Assembly (NCBI GenBank): GCA_028534125.1
Contig: CM052818.1
Coordinates: 29,824,001-29,888,000 of the forward strand
Length of the DNA: 64,000 nucleotides
From: Lama glama
Lineage: Eukaryota
Direction: 5' to 3'
Part shown: one piece after another, positions 1 through 14,007 of the stretch
Layout: the number at the start of each line of letters is the position of its first letter
Position numbering within the stretch: the stretch's first letter is position 1
Notes under the pieces: model-generated
Told to the model about the DNA's origin: nothing
The model's database searches: none
Seen by the model: only the letters and a program-made list of their open reading frames with translations
Translations under genes and position numbers: made by a program

Positions 1-354
1 GCTGGACAATTTACAATGTAATATATACAATGTACAGATTTATTACAAATTCAAAGCATGAGTTTCTATCCTAAAAGGCTTTCCTTTTTTACCGTCATCT
101 TTCATCAGATAGGAGAATAAAGGAGTATGTGTTTTCCAGTGTTATGCCTAAGTATTTCATCAATCAAACATATTTTTCTACCTATTCTTCTATGTAATGA
201 CAGAAATAAATTAAAACCTCTGTATAAATGTTGAGTCTCAAAAGAAAGATATAAATTATGTATGTTCCTCTTTGTTCCACCTTTTATAAAATATAGAGTA
301 TATAGTTCTCAAATACCATACATATGATTTTAAAATTAAACAGCAATGGACCCC

Positions 355-2662
355 TGCTTACAGACATAGCACAGTTAGTACCAGGCCAGCTATATCACCA
401 CAGAAAGTTACAAACGGAACAAAAGTTAGGCAACAACTGTTTTTGAGACGCTGGACAACGGGAAGCACAGGATTGTGAGCCTTGAGAGAAGGGCTGTTGA
501 GATGTCTCGTCAAGCAACCTACACGTTTATCAGGAGGCACAGAATGGCAGAAACCAAACACAGCATTGCAAGTCTTAATGAGACGAAGGGAAAAAGAGCA
601 GCGTTTAGGGCTTCAATTTGCAGGACAAAAAATCAGGGATGAGAAATTTTGCAGAGAATAAGCTCAGGAATCTCAATAAGCATCTCCCTGAGTCCCTGGC
701 TGATTAGTAAGCTGTACATGTACAGGGCAAAACTTCTTACAGACAGGCGGAGAACAACGACCAGAGAGCTGTGAGCTGAACGGAGAGTCTAGAGGTCACA
801 CAGTGCTGGCAGTTATTCAAGTTCCAACCAACCAGAGTGGAGAATTCTCATTGATCACCTATGGGATTAAGTTCAGACCTCAAAAGGTTATACCTTAAGG
901 GAAGGGTGACTGCAACTCTAGAATAAGGACAACTCCAGACCCACCCTAAGCTTAAAATCAAGCTGATCCACAAATGAATTAACCAAATATCAAAATAAAA
1001 CTCTACCTTCCTCAAGGGAAGACAACAAAACCGAAAAACTCAACAACATAGCATCCACAAGTGTAGGATATAATAATTAAAAAAAAAAGTTGGTAGACAG
1101 GCAAACAAGCAGGAAAATTCACCCACAATCAAAGTAAAAATTGGTTAATAGAAACAGATAGAAATTAAAGAGATGTTGGAATAACCACACAAAAACTTCA
1201 AAACAGTTGTTATAAATATAATCAAAGATTTGAAGAAAACATGAAGATACTAAGGGAACAATGAGCAATCTCTTAAAAGAAACATGGAAACTGTAACAAG
1301 AACCAAATAAAAATCCTTGAACTGAAAAAATACATTACCTGAAATGATGTTTAGGTTTTTTTAAATTGAGATGTAATTGAGATATAATACTGTGTTAGTT
1401 TTAGGTGTACTATGTAATGATTTGATGTATCTGTATGTGGTGAAGTGACTACCACAATAAGTTTACTGAATATCCACCACCACACAGAGTCTGATTAAGT
1501 CTGAATAGGCTTAACAGCAGATCTGACACAAGCGTAAGAGCTAAAACAATAGAACCTTCAGAGGAAAAGATAAGGCAATCTTCATAACCTTGGATCTGGA
1601 AATAGATTCTTCCATATGAAACCAAAAGGACAAGCAACAGCAGAAAAAATAGATAAGCTGGACCTTATAAAAACTAAAAACTTTCGTACCTCAAAACACA
1701 CTCTCAAGAAAGTGAAAAACGACTTACAGAATGAAAGAAAATATCTGCAAATCATATGTCTGATATAGGACTCGTATCAAGGATATATAAAGAATTTTTA
1801 CAACTCAAACATAAAAAGACAAATAACCCAAATGGGCAAAGGATGTCAATACACATTCCTCCAAAGATGACATAAAATGACCAACAAGCACATGGAAAGA
1901 TGCTCCGCATCACTAGCCATGAAGGAAATTCAAACTGAAGCCACAATGAAATATCCCACCTACTAGGATGGCTATAATCAAGACGATAATAACAAGTGTT
2001 GACAAAGATGCTGAGAAACTGGAACTTTCACACACTGTTAGTGGGAATGTAAAACGATGCTTTAGAAAACAGTCTGGCAGTTTCTCAAAATTTTGAACAC
2101 AGAACTAACACACGACCCAGTTAACTCTACTACTAGGTATATACCCAAGAGAAATAGAGACATATGTCCACACAAAAACTTGCTAATGATTGTTCAAAGA
2201 GAATAATTCATAATAGCCAAAAAGTGGAAACAATTCAAATGCCCATCAAATGATGAATGGATTGATAACACGTGATATGCCCATATAATGGAATATCATT
2301 GGAAGATAATATTGATACATGCAACAACATGGAGGAACCATGAAAAAATTAAGAAGCCAGTTACAAAAGACCACATATTGTATGATTCCATTTACAGAAA
2401 ATGTCCCGAATAGGCAAATCTATAGAGACATAATGTACATCAGTGGTTTCCTGGGGCTGGGGGTCAGGGGTCAGGGTGGAAGGGGTTTGGGAGAAATGAG
2501 AAGTGACTGCTAATGGGTATAAGAATTTTTTTTACGATAATAAAAACATTCTAAAATTGATTATGGTGATGGTTGTACAATTCTGAATATACTAAAAAAA
2601 TCAATGGATTGTACACTTTAAATGGTATGTAAATTATTTACCACCTCAGTAAAGCTGTTAAA
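355..2662 (+). mobile_element. Old L1 (L1M/L1MB-like): 5' region and ORF1 start remnant joined to the ORF2 3' end and 3'UTR
   Basis: A-rich ORF1-like tract at ~1080-1345. ORF2-end motifs (ggaatgtaaaa, ctactaggtatatacccaagagaaat, aaatgcccatcaaatgatgaatgg). Terminus cctcagtaaagctgttaaa. Confidence 0.8.
1352..1485 (-). mobile_element. Short L1 3' end (L1MA-like) nested in the older L1
   Basis: tttaaattgagatgtaattgagatataatactgtgttagttttaggtgtac... is a reverse-oriented L1 3'UTR terminus, related to the copy at 57.3 kb. Confidence 0.75.
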
Positions 2663-3007
2663 TATTTAAAGACTGTAAACTAAAAGAACTTTCTAAAAAT
2701 GCAGTTAACAGAGGCAGTACATGTTAGTGAACAGCAAAGTATATGTGACACTTTGCTATATATACTTCAGCAAAGTATATTGTTAGCTAAAAAACTGTTT
2801 GATCAAAATTATTTTCTAAGCAAAACCATTAATAACTTAGCTACTATAAGAAGAAATTAATTTCTAGATTTATAAATCAAATACCTTAAGGTGTGACCAT
2901 CTATCAATGTATACTTTCCTCCAAAACTAAAGGAACTGGTATTTATTTTCTTGGACATAGAATAATAGGAAGTTTGCCTCTTTTTTGCTTTCTTTTTTCT
3001 CTCTCTC

Positions 3008-3125
3008 TATTGTGATAAGAACGTTTAACATGAAATTGCCTTCTTTATAAATTTTTAGGTGCATGATACAGTACTGTTAACTGTAGACACCATGTTGTAC
3101 ATCCCTCTTGCATAACTGAAATTAC
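3008..3125 (-). mobile_element. L1MA-like 3' end fragment
   Basis: gtgataagaacgtttaacatgaaat...aatttttaggtgcatgatacagtactgttaactgtagacaccatgttgtaca. Reverse-complement homologue of 12715-12825. Confidence 0.65.
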
Positions 3126-3175
3126 ATACTCGTAGAAATTGCTGTTCTGAACTACAGTGCAACTCAAATAACTCA

Positions 3176-3460
<285 letters not shown>

Positions 3461-4879
3461 TTATTACAATGTAGAAACATAAAATGTCCTTTAAATAAAA
3501 ATGCTGAATTATTGTTTTAAAAAATTTATGCAGGGTTATGTAACAAATACTCTACATTTTATATTAGTTCTCACATAGGAAACTTAGCAATGGAGGTGGC
3601 ATTTTTCCATATAATTTGCAAAGCTAATGTAACCCTGAAAACATGTACAATATCACTGCACATCTTTTGCTGAGAAAGACCATTCTTGGTGTTGAACAAC
3701 TCCGGGAAAGCAACGGAGAGCTCTGTTGATAAATCTCGATACTATAAATGGGGGATTCATCTAACATTTTTACTGAGCATCAACTATGTAAAAAGTATAC
3801 AAAGTATCAGCAAGTTCATAGCTGATGAATGTATTACAGACTTGAGAAGAAAAATGTTTGCTTCCATCTTCAAGTTAGACCACAAGTCCTTATGCAGTTT
3901 AACCAAGAGCCAAACTGCCCTAGCACGTATCTGCTTAGGCGTGTCTGAAAAAATTTAGAAGTGGGCTCAGAATCTGGACTACCAAACAGTCATTCAGAGG
4001 GGAAAGCCTGACTTAAGTCAGTAAGATTTGTAAACACAGAAATTTAGAAAACAGGTAAATTAGGAAGTGGCTATTGAAATTCAGAAGAATTCTTTACACC
4101 ACCAGGTTTCCTTAAAATTCAATAGACTCTATCAAAAGGAAGATAAAACCGATAAAAATTCAATGAAATTAGTCAGAAATGCAGCCATTACAGCTTTGCT
4201 TTCCTTTCAGATTTAGTCAGTAAGGCCAGCAGCAGAATGCAGTCCACTTTCTTACTTTCTTTGACTCCCAGGACAAAGGCAGTGAGCCAACAGATAGATT
4301 TGGTTGAGCCCTTTAGAGTGAGAAAGAAGCGAGGTGCTCTGTTATCTTGTCCAGAGCCTTCTACAGAGGCAGAGCAGGGGGCTGCCCTTACTGCCCCACC
4401 ATTCCTATAAAGCTTGTTCCATATGGATAATTGAGGCCTGAAAGTTCTTTAAGTAGGTAAAGATTTTTAGACGATAATTAGAGATAAGGCTTAGAAGGTA
4501 AACATCTTAGGGCAATTTAACACTTTGCCTTGAATTCACAAGAGGCTATAGTAACTGCTCTCAGGAACCTCTATGGAGAAGAGGTTTGGTTAGGGGGATA
4601 GGCAATGGCTGAAAACAGGGTGGGTGCTTTGGTGGGAGCTGGGAGAAGAAGGGGTGCTAGGTAGAAATTAAGTTAGAAGTTCACTTCTCGGAATCAAGGG
4701 GCTCTAGCAACTTAAAAATTAGTTCATTACACTTAGCTTTTGTCTGGTTATTTATAGAATCAAATGAAAAGAGTTTCAATGCCCAAAAGCACACTCACCA
4801 AATGTGATTCATTCTGAGAGGGCCTAAAATCAGATGCTAACTTATATAACAATACATGAAACAAGCTGTCTGACTTCTT

Positions 4880-5044
4880 TTTTTTTAAGTGCTTTGTTTT
4901 ATTTATTATTGTATTATTTAATTATTTTATTTTGGTAGGGGGAAGTAACTAGGTCTATTTATTTTAAGAGGAAGTAGTGGGGATTGAACCCAGAACCTCA
5001 TGCATGCTAAGCAAGCACTCTACCACTTGAGCTATACCCTCCCC
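4880..5044 (-). mobile_element. tRNA-derived SINE (camelid vic-1 type)
   Basis: Reverse complement has A box (TAGCTCAAGTGG), B box (GGTTCAATCC) and an A-rich tail. Degenerate TSD aagctgtctgacttct / aaggtatcttacttct (13/16). Confidence 0.9.
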
Positions 5045-5088
5045 TCTAAGGTATCTTACTTCTAACCAAGTTGAGAGTTTCAAAATCT

Positions 5089-5278
5089 GTGTATTATATT
5101 TCACCATTTATAAGGAGCACTTTTTTTCACCATTCAACATCTCTGAAATAGATGCATCTTAATAACCAATAGTTTGTCACAGTTTTATTGGCAACATTTT
5201 ATTTTCTGTTACAAGGTGGCACATAAAATAAATGTGCCTCTTACAATTGATGGCATCTTATACCCAATGAATTATGGC
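5089..5278. mobile_element. MER104-like non-autonomous Tc2/mariner DNA transposon
   Basis: Motifs aacatctctgaaatagatgcatctta and cttacaattgatggcatctta. Homologous to the ends of the element at 35762-36455. Confidence 0.65.
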
Positions 5279-6199
5279 AGCAAGTTTACTTGGAATGAGG
5301 GATACTTCATTCTGGGACTAACTTAAAAAAAATGAGAATTGTCTGCAAAGTTCTCAAAATGCATGTGCCCTGCATGCTTCCTGCATCAGCAAAGAACAAA
5401 CTTCCCACAAAACTATTTCATGTGTGTTGTTATTAAAAAAGTGAGTGTAAATTCAAGATATAAAAAACTTTATTTTTCAATCCACCTGAAAAGACATAGG
5501 TTACAAATGTCTGAAATTAGCAGTTATCTTACAGCTCTAAAACAAGTTGGTGATGAGATTACTATTTAAGTTTTTTAAACAAGCCAGTGTTATATACCCA
5601 AGGTCTTAAAACTTAAATAAATTTAACAAGAATCAGGCAGATGTTAATTTACAATATAGTATTATGGTTCTCTTCTTTTTACTCTTGCTCATTTGTGTAG
5701 TTGTTTTAATAGTGTGTATCTGAAAAAAATTCTAAGATCATTAACTGCTGGTAGGTTTTCATCTACAGATAACATGTAATTATGATGGGAGATGACTTCT
5801 ACACACATCCTAGTCTTTGAAATCATGAAATGGCTTAAAAAAAAACAGCTCTAGATCTTCTAATTGCTGGTGGATAACCCACTAAACCATCAATAATACA
5901 TTCATACAATAATACTCAGTTGAGGTTCTTGGAATTTCGGGGACTAAGGAGAATACTTGGTATACGTGTTTTCTTGTTTTCATTTTAAACTATTACTTAA
6001 CCTATATTACCAACACTGACTGGCACCTTGATTTAGAATGGTCATGGTTTTAAGAACAGAACATCATAAAAGAAAAAATTCAAAAGAAATAAAAAGAAAA
6101 CCCAAACACTTCTCACTTCTCACATGATTTCCCCCAACTGAAGTTGTACATGGTTGGGTACCAAAGGTCTCTATCTTCTAGCCCAATGCTAGCAGACAT

Positions 6200-6470
6200 A
6201 AACAGAGTGCTAGCCTCATGACATTTTCTAGTAGCCACATTGAAAAAGTAAAAAGAAATGGGTGAAATTAATTTTAATAACATATTTGACTCTACATATC
6301 CAAAATATCATTTCAACATGTTATCAACATACAAAATTATTGAGATAGTTTACATTCTTCTTTTTTTTTCATACAAAGTCTTTGAAACTTGATGTATCTC
6401 TGACACTACAGCACATCTCAGTTTGGACCAGCCGCATTTCAAGAGCTCAACTGTCCCACATGGCCGCATA
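6200..6470. mobile_element. MER33/MER3-like hAT-Charlie MITE
   Basis: ttttctagtagccacattgaaaaagtaaaaagaaatgggtgaaattaattttaataa ... cagcacatctcagtttggaccagccgcatttcaagagctcaa. Confidence 0.75.
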
Positions 6471-7864
6471 GTTCTACACTATTTCTCCTAAACACTGACA
6501 TAGACCCTGGCATACCTGCAACCCTCCTTTCCTTCTCCATTAAAAAAAACTAGCCCCTCTGGCCGAGCCTCCCTCAGGCTCCCATGTCTCAAGCACTACA
6601 GTCACCCCCGTTCCTCCTCATGCAATAGCAGCCAGGATGCTCAGCACTCAGTGGGCACCTGCTCTGTGCGCCAAGCACTGATAAGGTGAGCTTTCCACAC
6701 ACTACTTCCTCTGTTCCTCACAACAGCCTTACAAGGTAGTAAATATTACCCTCATTAAAGATGTGACCCTGCACCACTGAGTCAGCCAGTGACAGAGGTG
6801 AGGTTCAAGGCCCAGTCAGCATGATTCCAGAGCCCGGGTCCTCCCCATGTGGCCACACTGCCACCCAGTCCGCCCTTCTGCCCACACACAGCCATGATTT
6901 ATGGCAGTGCCATCCCTGTCACCAGTAAAGGTTGGGGGCAGGGGAGTCCAGGGAACATGTGCAGAGAAAACCCAGGAGAACAATTTTTGAATAACTAAGG
7001 CATTAGCTATTCCCCGCACCCAACTCTCCTGATTAGGCAAGGGCACAAGATGAAGCAGAAGAACGGACGGCCACATTTAGCTGGACGAGAAAGCTGAAGG
7101 CAAACTTCCCACCAAGGGACTGGGAGGAGTGGAGGAAGACAGTCCTCTGGCAGGGAGGCTCTGGCTGAGGTGTCTGTGGAGCGTATTTCCGGGGCAAACC
7201 GAAGGCAGGCCAGCTGCAGGCAGGGCAGAGGTCTTGAGAAGCTGACAGCCAGCTTCTTTCTCTGAGGAAACCAAGACAACACAGAAGCAGGCCAGCTACT
7301 TACTTTGAATGTGATGATACAGGTACTGAAAAAAAGGTTTAAAATTATTTAAAAAATAATTATCAAAAAGCCAGAATGGTTGAGAACATGACCTTTCTTT
7401 GAATTTCTCTCACAAAGTCCCTAGAGAAACAGTGGAATAGAGGGGAAATAGAGATGACTGGGATTCAAGAGGCTCAGAGGACCTGTGTGACTTGGCCATG
7501 TCACTTAACCTCGGAGTCTCCATTTCCCAGTTGTTAAACGGGGGTGGATTAAGCAAAAACTCCAAGGCTCCTTCAGACCCCAGACTGAGAACCTGGAGGT
7601 GACATGGTTGAAAGATACATCAGTGCCATCTAGTGGCAAAACAAGTACACTGATGATGCAAATAAAATATTTAGAATCAGTAGGTTTGAGGAACCAGGAG
7701 GAAATCAATTCAATTAGAGGCCTTAGAAATCAACTGAAAAGAGGCTGGGAAAAAAAATGAGACCTAGACAGGAAATGATATGCCTAAAGCCACAAAATGG
7801 TTCCTGGTTCCTGGCGTGCAATGAAGAGAGCGACTGTGACACTTATTAAAACTTAACAATCAAA

Positions 7865-7970
7865 CATGAAAATGAATATACGTATAAATGGATGACTGGG
7901 ACATTATATATACCAGAAACTGACTCACTGTAACTGATTATACTTCAATTAAAAATTTTTTCAATAACCC
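7865..7970 (+). mobile_element. Very short 5'-truncated lineage-specific L1 3' end
   Basis: atgaaaatgaatata...tgactgggacatt...taccagaaactgac...tacttcaattaaaa. TSD aacaatcaaa / aataatcaaa. Same family as 28874, 55050 and 56714. Confidence 0.8.
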
Positions 7971-9759
7971 AATAATCAAAATAGAAATTGAATGGTTTGC
8001 TCTTCCGAGGTCCACCAGACAACGGGCATGGGTTACTTCACGACTGCACAGTTAAGTTTTACAAGGAGGGGTACTTGAAGCACATCTGCCGTAGTTGTTA
8101 TTCGCTTATGTACTACAATTTCCTTCCTTAAACTGTGGGCCTCCTACTCAAATTCCCCTCCCCCTCACGGTTTCTGTAGAATGAATGAATAATCAGTAGC
8201 TTCATTCTTTTTCACTAATTTTCCTATAGGACTGACTGACTTTTTCTGATGTCCCATATAATAAAGTGTCAAGTGTTACACTCGAATCCTGAAGCCAAGC
8301 TATTGTCTCCATTTTCTCTTTTCCACATCCCTGACTCTTTCCCACAACCCCAAATGCAGATAAGTAGTTGAATGTGGCTTCATTAAACAGCAAATGACCG
8401 AAGCCAAATCCAAGAAAGATATCAACGTTGTTTGGTAGTAGCTTTTCCTAAACTGACACTCAGTTTTCATATTTAAAAAAATATATACACCACCAACTCT
8501 TTCGTAATCAAATTTCTCATTTGCCAAATACTAAGTTCTCTTCCCCAAGGAAACACAAGTCTTAACATGTCAGCTTCTCTCACTCTCTCAAAGTTCCCTC
8601 TATTTCAGTGTCTTCCTTTAAACTAAATTTCAATAAATAGGAACAATTAAATTTCATACATACTTTTTTCTTTTACTAAATAGGCTATTAATTGTTTAGT
8701 TCCCTCCTCTAATTCCTGTCCTAGATTTGGATACCACTGATTCTCGTGCTTGCTCTCTTTCCAGAGAATTGACAATACGAGGTAACACAGGTGTTCACGG
8801 ATCATCTGCAGGAGACTCTCCTGTTAGATGCATCTCCCTATTTTTTGGCCATGAATGGGGTAACAGTGATTTTCTACCACACTGCAACGGCAGGATAGAA
8901 AAATCTACGACAGCTGAGAACTTCCTACGGGCCAGGAAATACGCTAGACACTTTATACACATTGGCTCTGATTTTCCCAGCAGCAAATTGAGGCAGGGAT
9001 GATATCTCCACTTGACCAAAGAGGAAGCTGAAGTGATTTACTTTGGGATTTTACCAGGATTCAGAGGCAGGTCTATGGCAGCCAAGCTTTGCCCCCCACT
9101 CCCTCCGCCCCAGCTACAGCCCAGATGTTATCGTGGGGCTCGTATTTCTTGGCAGTGATGCAAGTCAGACCTTCAGAGTTTCATTTTTTATTGCTTACCA
9201 ATATGAGAGAGGAAGAACAAAAAGGAATCTCTTTTTTCTCTACATATTATTCGCATATGTTCATCCTATCTCTTCACTGGAATGTAAGCTCCAATCTCTT
9301 TGAATCTCTCCACCACAATAACACAAGGACACAAAAGAAACTCTGTCCGTTTCAAATAAAAACATTTTTTCTTTCAAAAGTTGAAAGGAAAGAGAAAGTT
9401 AACCCCTACAAATCAAGGAAGAGCACAAGCTCTCAGGATAATGAACAATTCTAGCAGAGTATTACACCACAGAAGTCTGGTCTTACATGCAGCATAGCTG
9501 GAAAGGGCTGCCTTGCTTCCTCCCAAACTCCCTGGTCTTGCAGAGACTCCCTCACCGTCACGTGCTGGAATGTCGCAAAACATCAAAGTTATAACTTCAT
9601 TTTGCTCCTGATGAGAAAGCCCTGCTGGTTCTTTATTAAAGGCAGAAAAACCTTCAAACCTCCCAGTCTTGTATTCAAGGCTTTCCATAACTTCTACCTT
9701 GATCTCAGCCACATGGCCAGTCCCTCCTAACATCAGACAACATCCTCCAGAGGCAAAAC

Positions 9760-10008
9760 AGCAGAGGTTAAGAGTAGATGCTATAGAACTAGAAAGCCCA
9801 AGTTCACATAGCAGCTCCACCCATCACATAAGCTGTGGGGTCTGGTGTAAATTAATTATCCCTCTGTTTCCTCATCTGTGAAATGAGGGGACAAAATGGT
9901 AAATACGTCAGGGATTGTGTTGAGGATTCAAAAGATATGAAAAATGCTTAGAATAGTACTGGGCACCTAGTAAATCCTCAATGTTAGCTGCTAGTATTAT
10001 TATTATAA
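9760..10008 (+). mobile_element. MIR SINE
   Basis: MIR core (tgtttcctcatctgtgaaatgaggg) and 3' end (aatgcttagaatagtactgggcacctagtaaatcctcaatgttagct). Confidence 0.85.
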
Positions 10009-12265
10009 CTGAATGTAAAAATAAAAAATCAAAAGCTACAGTTACCAAGAAATCTTTGTTCGCTACATTTTTTGCATCTGCTAGTCTCCTTTCCTGAAAC
10101 ACGTTTTCTTAATTTTTGCCTCCTATTCAATTTCCAAGTGTTTCTCCTAGTTTATAACGTCTCCATCAAGCCTTCCCACATCCCAGTCCCAGTGCCATCA
10201 CTAGGCCCGCAAAGCCTGGTGTCTGCTGACTCTACCCCCAGTCACAGGCAGTTATTCTGCCTCTTCTCTCCATTTGGCCCATATAAACCACAGCAGGGCA
10301 AGAGGCTTTTGTAGCACATCCCCCCGCCGATACCTCAAAATGGTTTATAAAGAGTTTATTTACACTTATATTCTAGCTCAGACCACAGAGCATGCTTAAC
10401 AGAAAATGCTATTATACTATTAATGCTCTCACCTTCTTTCCTGTCTCGTTAGAAACATGATTCCTGTGTCCAGACCTAACACTTTTCATTCCTTGTCCTC
10501 ATTCCACTCTTCCCTAGAAAGACAGGCCCCAGTTATCATCCCCCTTCTCTTTACATCACTCAGTCTCTCTGTCATCCGTGGGGTTCAACCATGTAAAGGT
10601 TCCCAGTAACTTAAAAGTTTTACTGGACTCTTCTGCCCCTTGGGACAATACTCTACATTTTGACTCTCATTTCTTTGCTCAATGAAGAGTCTATAAATGT
10701 TACGTCCATTTCCTCATCGGCCACACACTCTTCAGCCTCCTGAAGCTTTGAAGGTCATTAGTGAGCTCCAAATCCAACGAACTTGTCTTCACCCTCCTTA
10801 GACGGCATCACTACCTGTCACATTCCTGATATTTGTTCTTCCTATAAGTTTCCATGAATCCTCTCTTTGGGGGTCCTTCTATCTCTCCTGTCAAGACTCT
10901 GGCATATTTTATTTGAAGCATATTTCACTGGTGCTATTTCTTCTGCCTTCCTCCAACTGCTAGAGATGCCCAAAGTTCAAGATTTTGCCTGTGTTCTCTT
11001 TCAATATAGTCTTCTGTAAAGAATTCGTTCACTTGCATGGCTCCACCTTACTTCCATGGAAAAGCCCCAATCTGCAAGCTCAGTTCTTGACCACACTACT
11101 GGGCTTCAGGCCGCTATGCCCAGTGGACCATGAGCCACCTCTACTTAGAGCAAAGTCTTCATATTCAACACTCAAAATCACATCATCTTCCCCTACCAAA
11201 GATATTTTCCCTTCCTCCCAAATTCTCTACACCTATCAATAGGGGCATTTCCTTTTAAATCAGACAACTGAGAAAACTGGCATGCTCTTGGATTCCCAAC
11301 TCTGCCTCAGTCCTGCCAATCTAGTGAATAAGTCCCAGAAAATTTTCCTTAATAGTGAGCTTCACCCTGTTTTATCTTTTCATCCGCACTGCTAAAGCCA
11401 CTGATCGGTCACTCATCCATGACATTCATGCCTTATTTAAACTTCCTAGAATGCCACTTTTGTCATATCACTCTTTTATTTAAAACCACAACAGACTTCC
11501 ACATCTCTGGGTTAGCTAATCCTGAGGAAGGGCACGTAAGGGCCTTCCCAAGCTAGTTCTATTCACATCACTGTCCAGGGGGAACGGTCTGCTCTCTGCT
11601 GATAGGCTGACATGGTCTAATTCACCCCCACATCCAGGGCTGGTTCACAGCAGGATCTTGATAATGCTCAGTTAGGCCACCACATAATGTACCGTTCAAA
11701 CTGCAATACTTTTTAAAGTGAAACAAGGCATTAAAAAATAATTAAAATCACATGACTTTCAAAAGATCTTATTTGTTGGCCAACAAATTGTTACTCGACA
11801 AATTGGTTTTACTATATCAGGGGATCTATAAGATGGTTCTACTAGAAAACCATTTTCAAAAGTAAAATTATTTACTGAAAAATAAAAATTTATTAAAGAA
11901 AATTTAAATGCTGATTATCTGACCATTTAAAAATAACAAAAGGAACATTAAACAAGCTATATATTATGACTTTGCATATTTCCATAGTATATTACAGAAT
12001 TAAAATTAATTTTTCTTAGTAGATATTCATATACTTTAGTCAGCTCCTTAGTCATAGCTAATACTATGTCATCGATACTTTTCTGATAAATTTTGTTTCA
12101 ATATCTTAGTACTTTAAATTTTTCATAAAGTTGTCTGCTGTCTATTTCAAAGTTGTTCTTTAGTGTTGTCAAATTTATTGTTAATACATTGAAAATTGTT
12201 AAAACTCTTCTCTGCAGATCATAATGATTTTAGTTGAGAAAACATTCTTTCTAAATGTACTCAGG

Positions 12266-12993
12266 AAAAATTTAAAACAGAACCACCATATGATCCAGCA
12301 ATCCCACTGCTGAGTGTATAGCTGAAGGAAATTAAATCACTACCTCGAAGAGATACCTGCACCCTCATGTCCACTGCAGCATTCATTATTCACAACAGCC
12401 AAGACACGTAAACAAACTGCCAAGAGATGAATGAATAAAAGAGTTGCGTGTGTGTGTGTGCCCACACACAATGGAATATTACTCAGCCATAAAAAGAAGA
12501 AAATCTTGCCTTTGCAACAACATGGATGAACTTTGAGGGCATTATGCTAAGTGAAATAAGCCAGACAGAGAAAGACAAATACCATATGTTCTCCCTTATA
12601 TGTGGAATCTTAAAAAGCCAAACTCATAAAAACAGAAGAATGGTGGTTGCTAGGAGTTTTGAGGGTTGGGGGGAACAGGGGAGATGTTGGTCAAAGCATA
12701 CAAACTTTCAGTTATAAGATGAGTCAGTTCTAAAGATCTGATGTACAGCATGGTGACTATAGGTAACAATAATGTGTTATATACTTCAAGGTTCCTAAGA
12801 GAGTAAATCTTAAATGTTATCATCACACACATATACACACAAAGGTAATTATGTGAGGTGACAGAGGTGTCAACTAATGCTGTGGTAATCATCCACAATA
12901 TATACATGCATCAAATCTCATCATGTTGTATACCCTAAACTTACACACTGTTACATGTCAATTATTTCTCAGTAAAGCTGGGGGAAATTTTTT
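12266..12993 (+). mobile_element. L1MA-type ORF2 end and 3'UTR inserted in the hAT transposase
   Basis: aaacagaaccaccatatgatccagcaatcccactgctg ... aacatggatgaactttgagggcattatgctaagtgaaataagccag ... tcagtaaagctggggg. Degenerate TSD aatgtactcag / aatgtgctgag. Confidence 0.9.
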
Positions 12994-13263
12994 TTAATGT
13001 GCTGAGATGACTGGTAAGCTCAGAGCAACTTCTGCTAAAGAGGATAGTCTTAATTCTAGTTTTGTTAATTTGAAGCTTATAAATATTTTCTTAAGTATTG
13101 ACTTTGGCCTCCATTTAGAGTACCTTTCTTCAACAAATATTTTTAATAGGACAAAATTCATCAAATAAGTTTTCTCTATCAATGATTCTTTTCTACAGAT
13201 ACATACTAAAACATTTAAAAATGAAATAATATATTGTATTTGTTTCAAAATAATATGGGGTTT

Positions 13264-13411
13264 GGGGAAGGGTATAGCTCAAGTGGTAGAGCACCTGGCA
13301 TGCATGAGCTCCTGGGTTCAATCCCCAGTACCTCCATTTAAAAAATACAAAAACCTAATAGTAAATAAATAAACAGACCTCTCCCCCTCCAAAAAAAAAT
13401 TAATAAAGAAT
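13264..13411 (+). mobile_element. tRNA-derived SINE (camelid vic-1 type)
   Basis: ggggaagggtatagctcaagtggtagag...gggttcaatccccagtacctcc with A-rich tail. TSD aataatatggg at 13249-13259 and 13412-13422. Confidence 0.92.
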
Positions 13412-13612
13412 AATAATATGGGATAGAATGGGATATACGGATGAAACAAGATCAGTCATGAATTAGTCATGAGTTAATAACTATTAAAGTTAGTTGGTTG
13501 ATGGGCACATGGGAGGGGACTCATTATTCTGGCCTCTCTGCTATTTGTATTTTGTGTAACTGAAAATGTCATAATAAAAAACGTTACAAAGAAAAGATTC
13601 CTCCTAGGCAGA

Positions 13613-14007
13613 TGTTACAGATTGAATTGTATCCCCCTTACAATTCATATGTTAAAGCCCAAAGCCTCCAGTGTGAGCATATTTGGAGATAGGGCATGAA
13701 GGAGATAATTATGGTTAAATGAAATCATAATGGTGGGGCTCTAGCCCAATAGGGCTGGTGTCCTTTTAAGAAGAAGGAAAAACACCAGAGGTCTCTCTGC
13801 ATGTGCACAGAGAAAAGGCCATGTGAGGAAACAGTGAGAAGGCAGCCCTTTAAAAGCCAGAAAGAGACTTCACCAGAAACCAAGCCTGAAGGCACCTTGA
13901 TCTTGAACTTCTGCCTTCCAGAACTGTGAAAAAAATAAATGTCTTCAGTGGTTTAAACCACCCAGTTTGTAGTATTTTGTTATGGCTGCCCTTAGCAGAC
14001 TAATATA
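13613..14007 (+). mobile_element. MLT1A/B-like MaLR solo LTR
   Basis: Starts TG, has typical MLT1 motifs (gccatgtgagga, ttccagaactgtga, aataaat) and ends gcagactaatata. 5-bp TSD gcaga / gtaga. Confidence 0.9.

Noticed and set aside
13264..13335. tRNA-like heads with A and B boxes (also 4972-5044, 16955-17013, 63643-63717)
   Set aside because: They have A-rich tails, mostly clear TSDs, and disrupted stems, so they are SINEs rather than tRNA genes.
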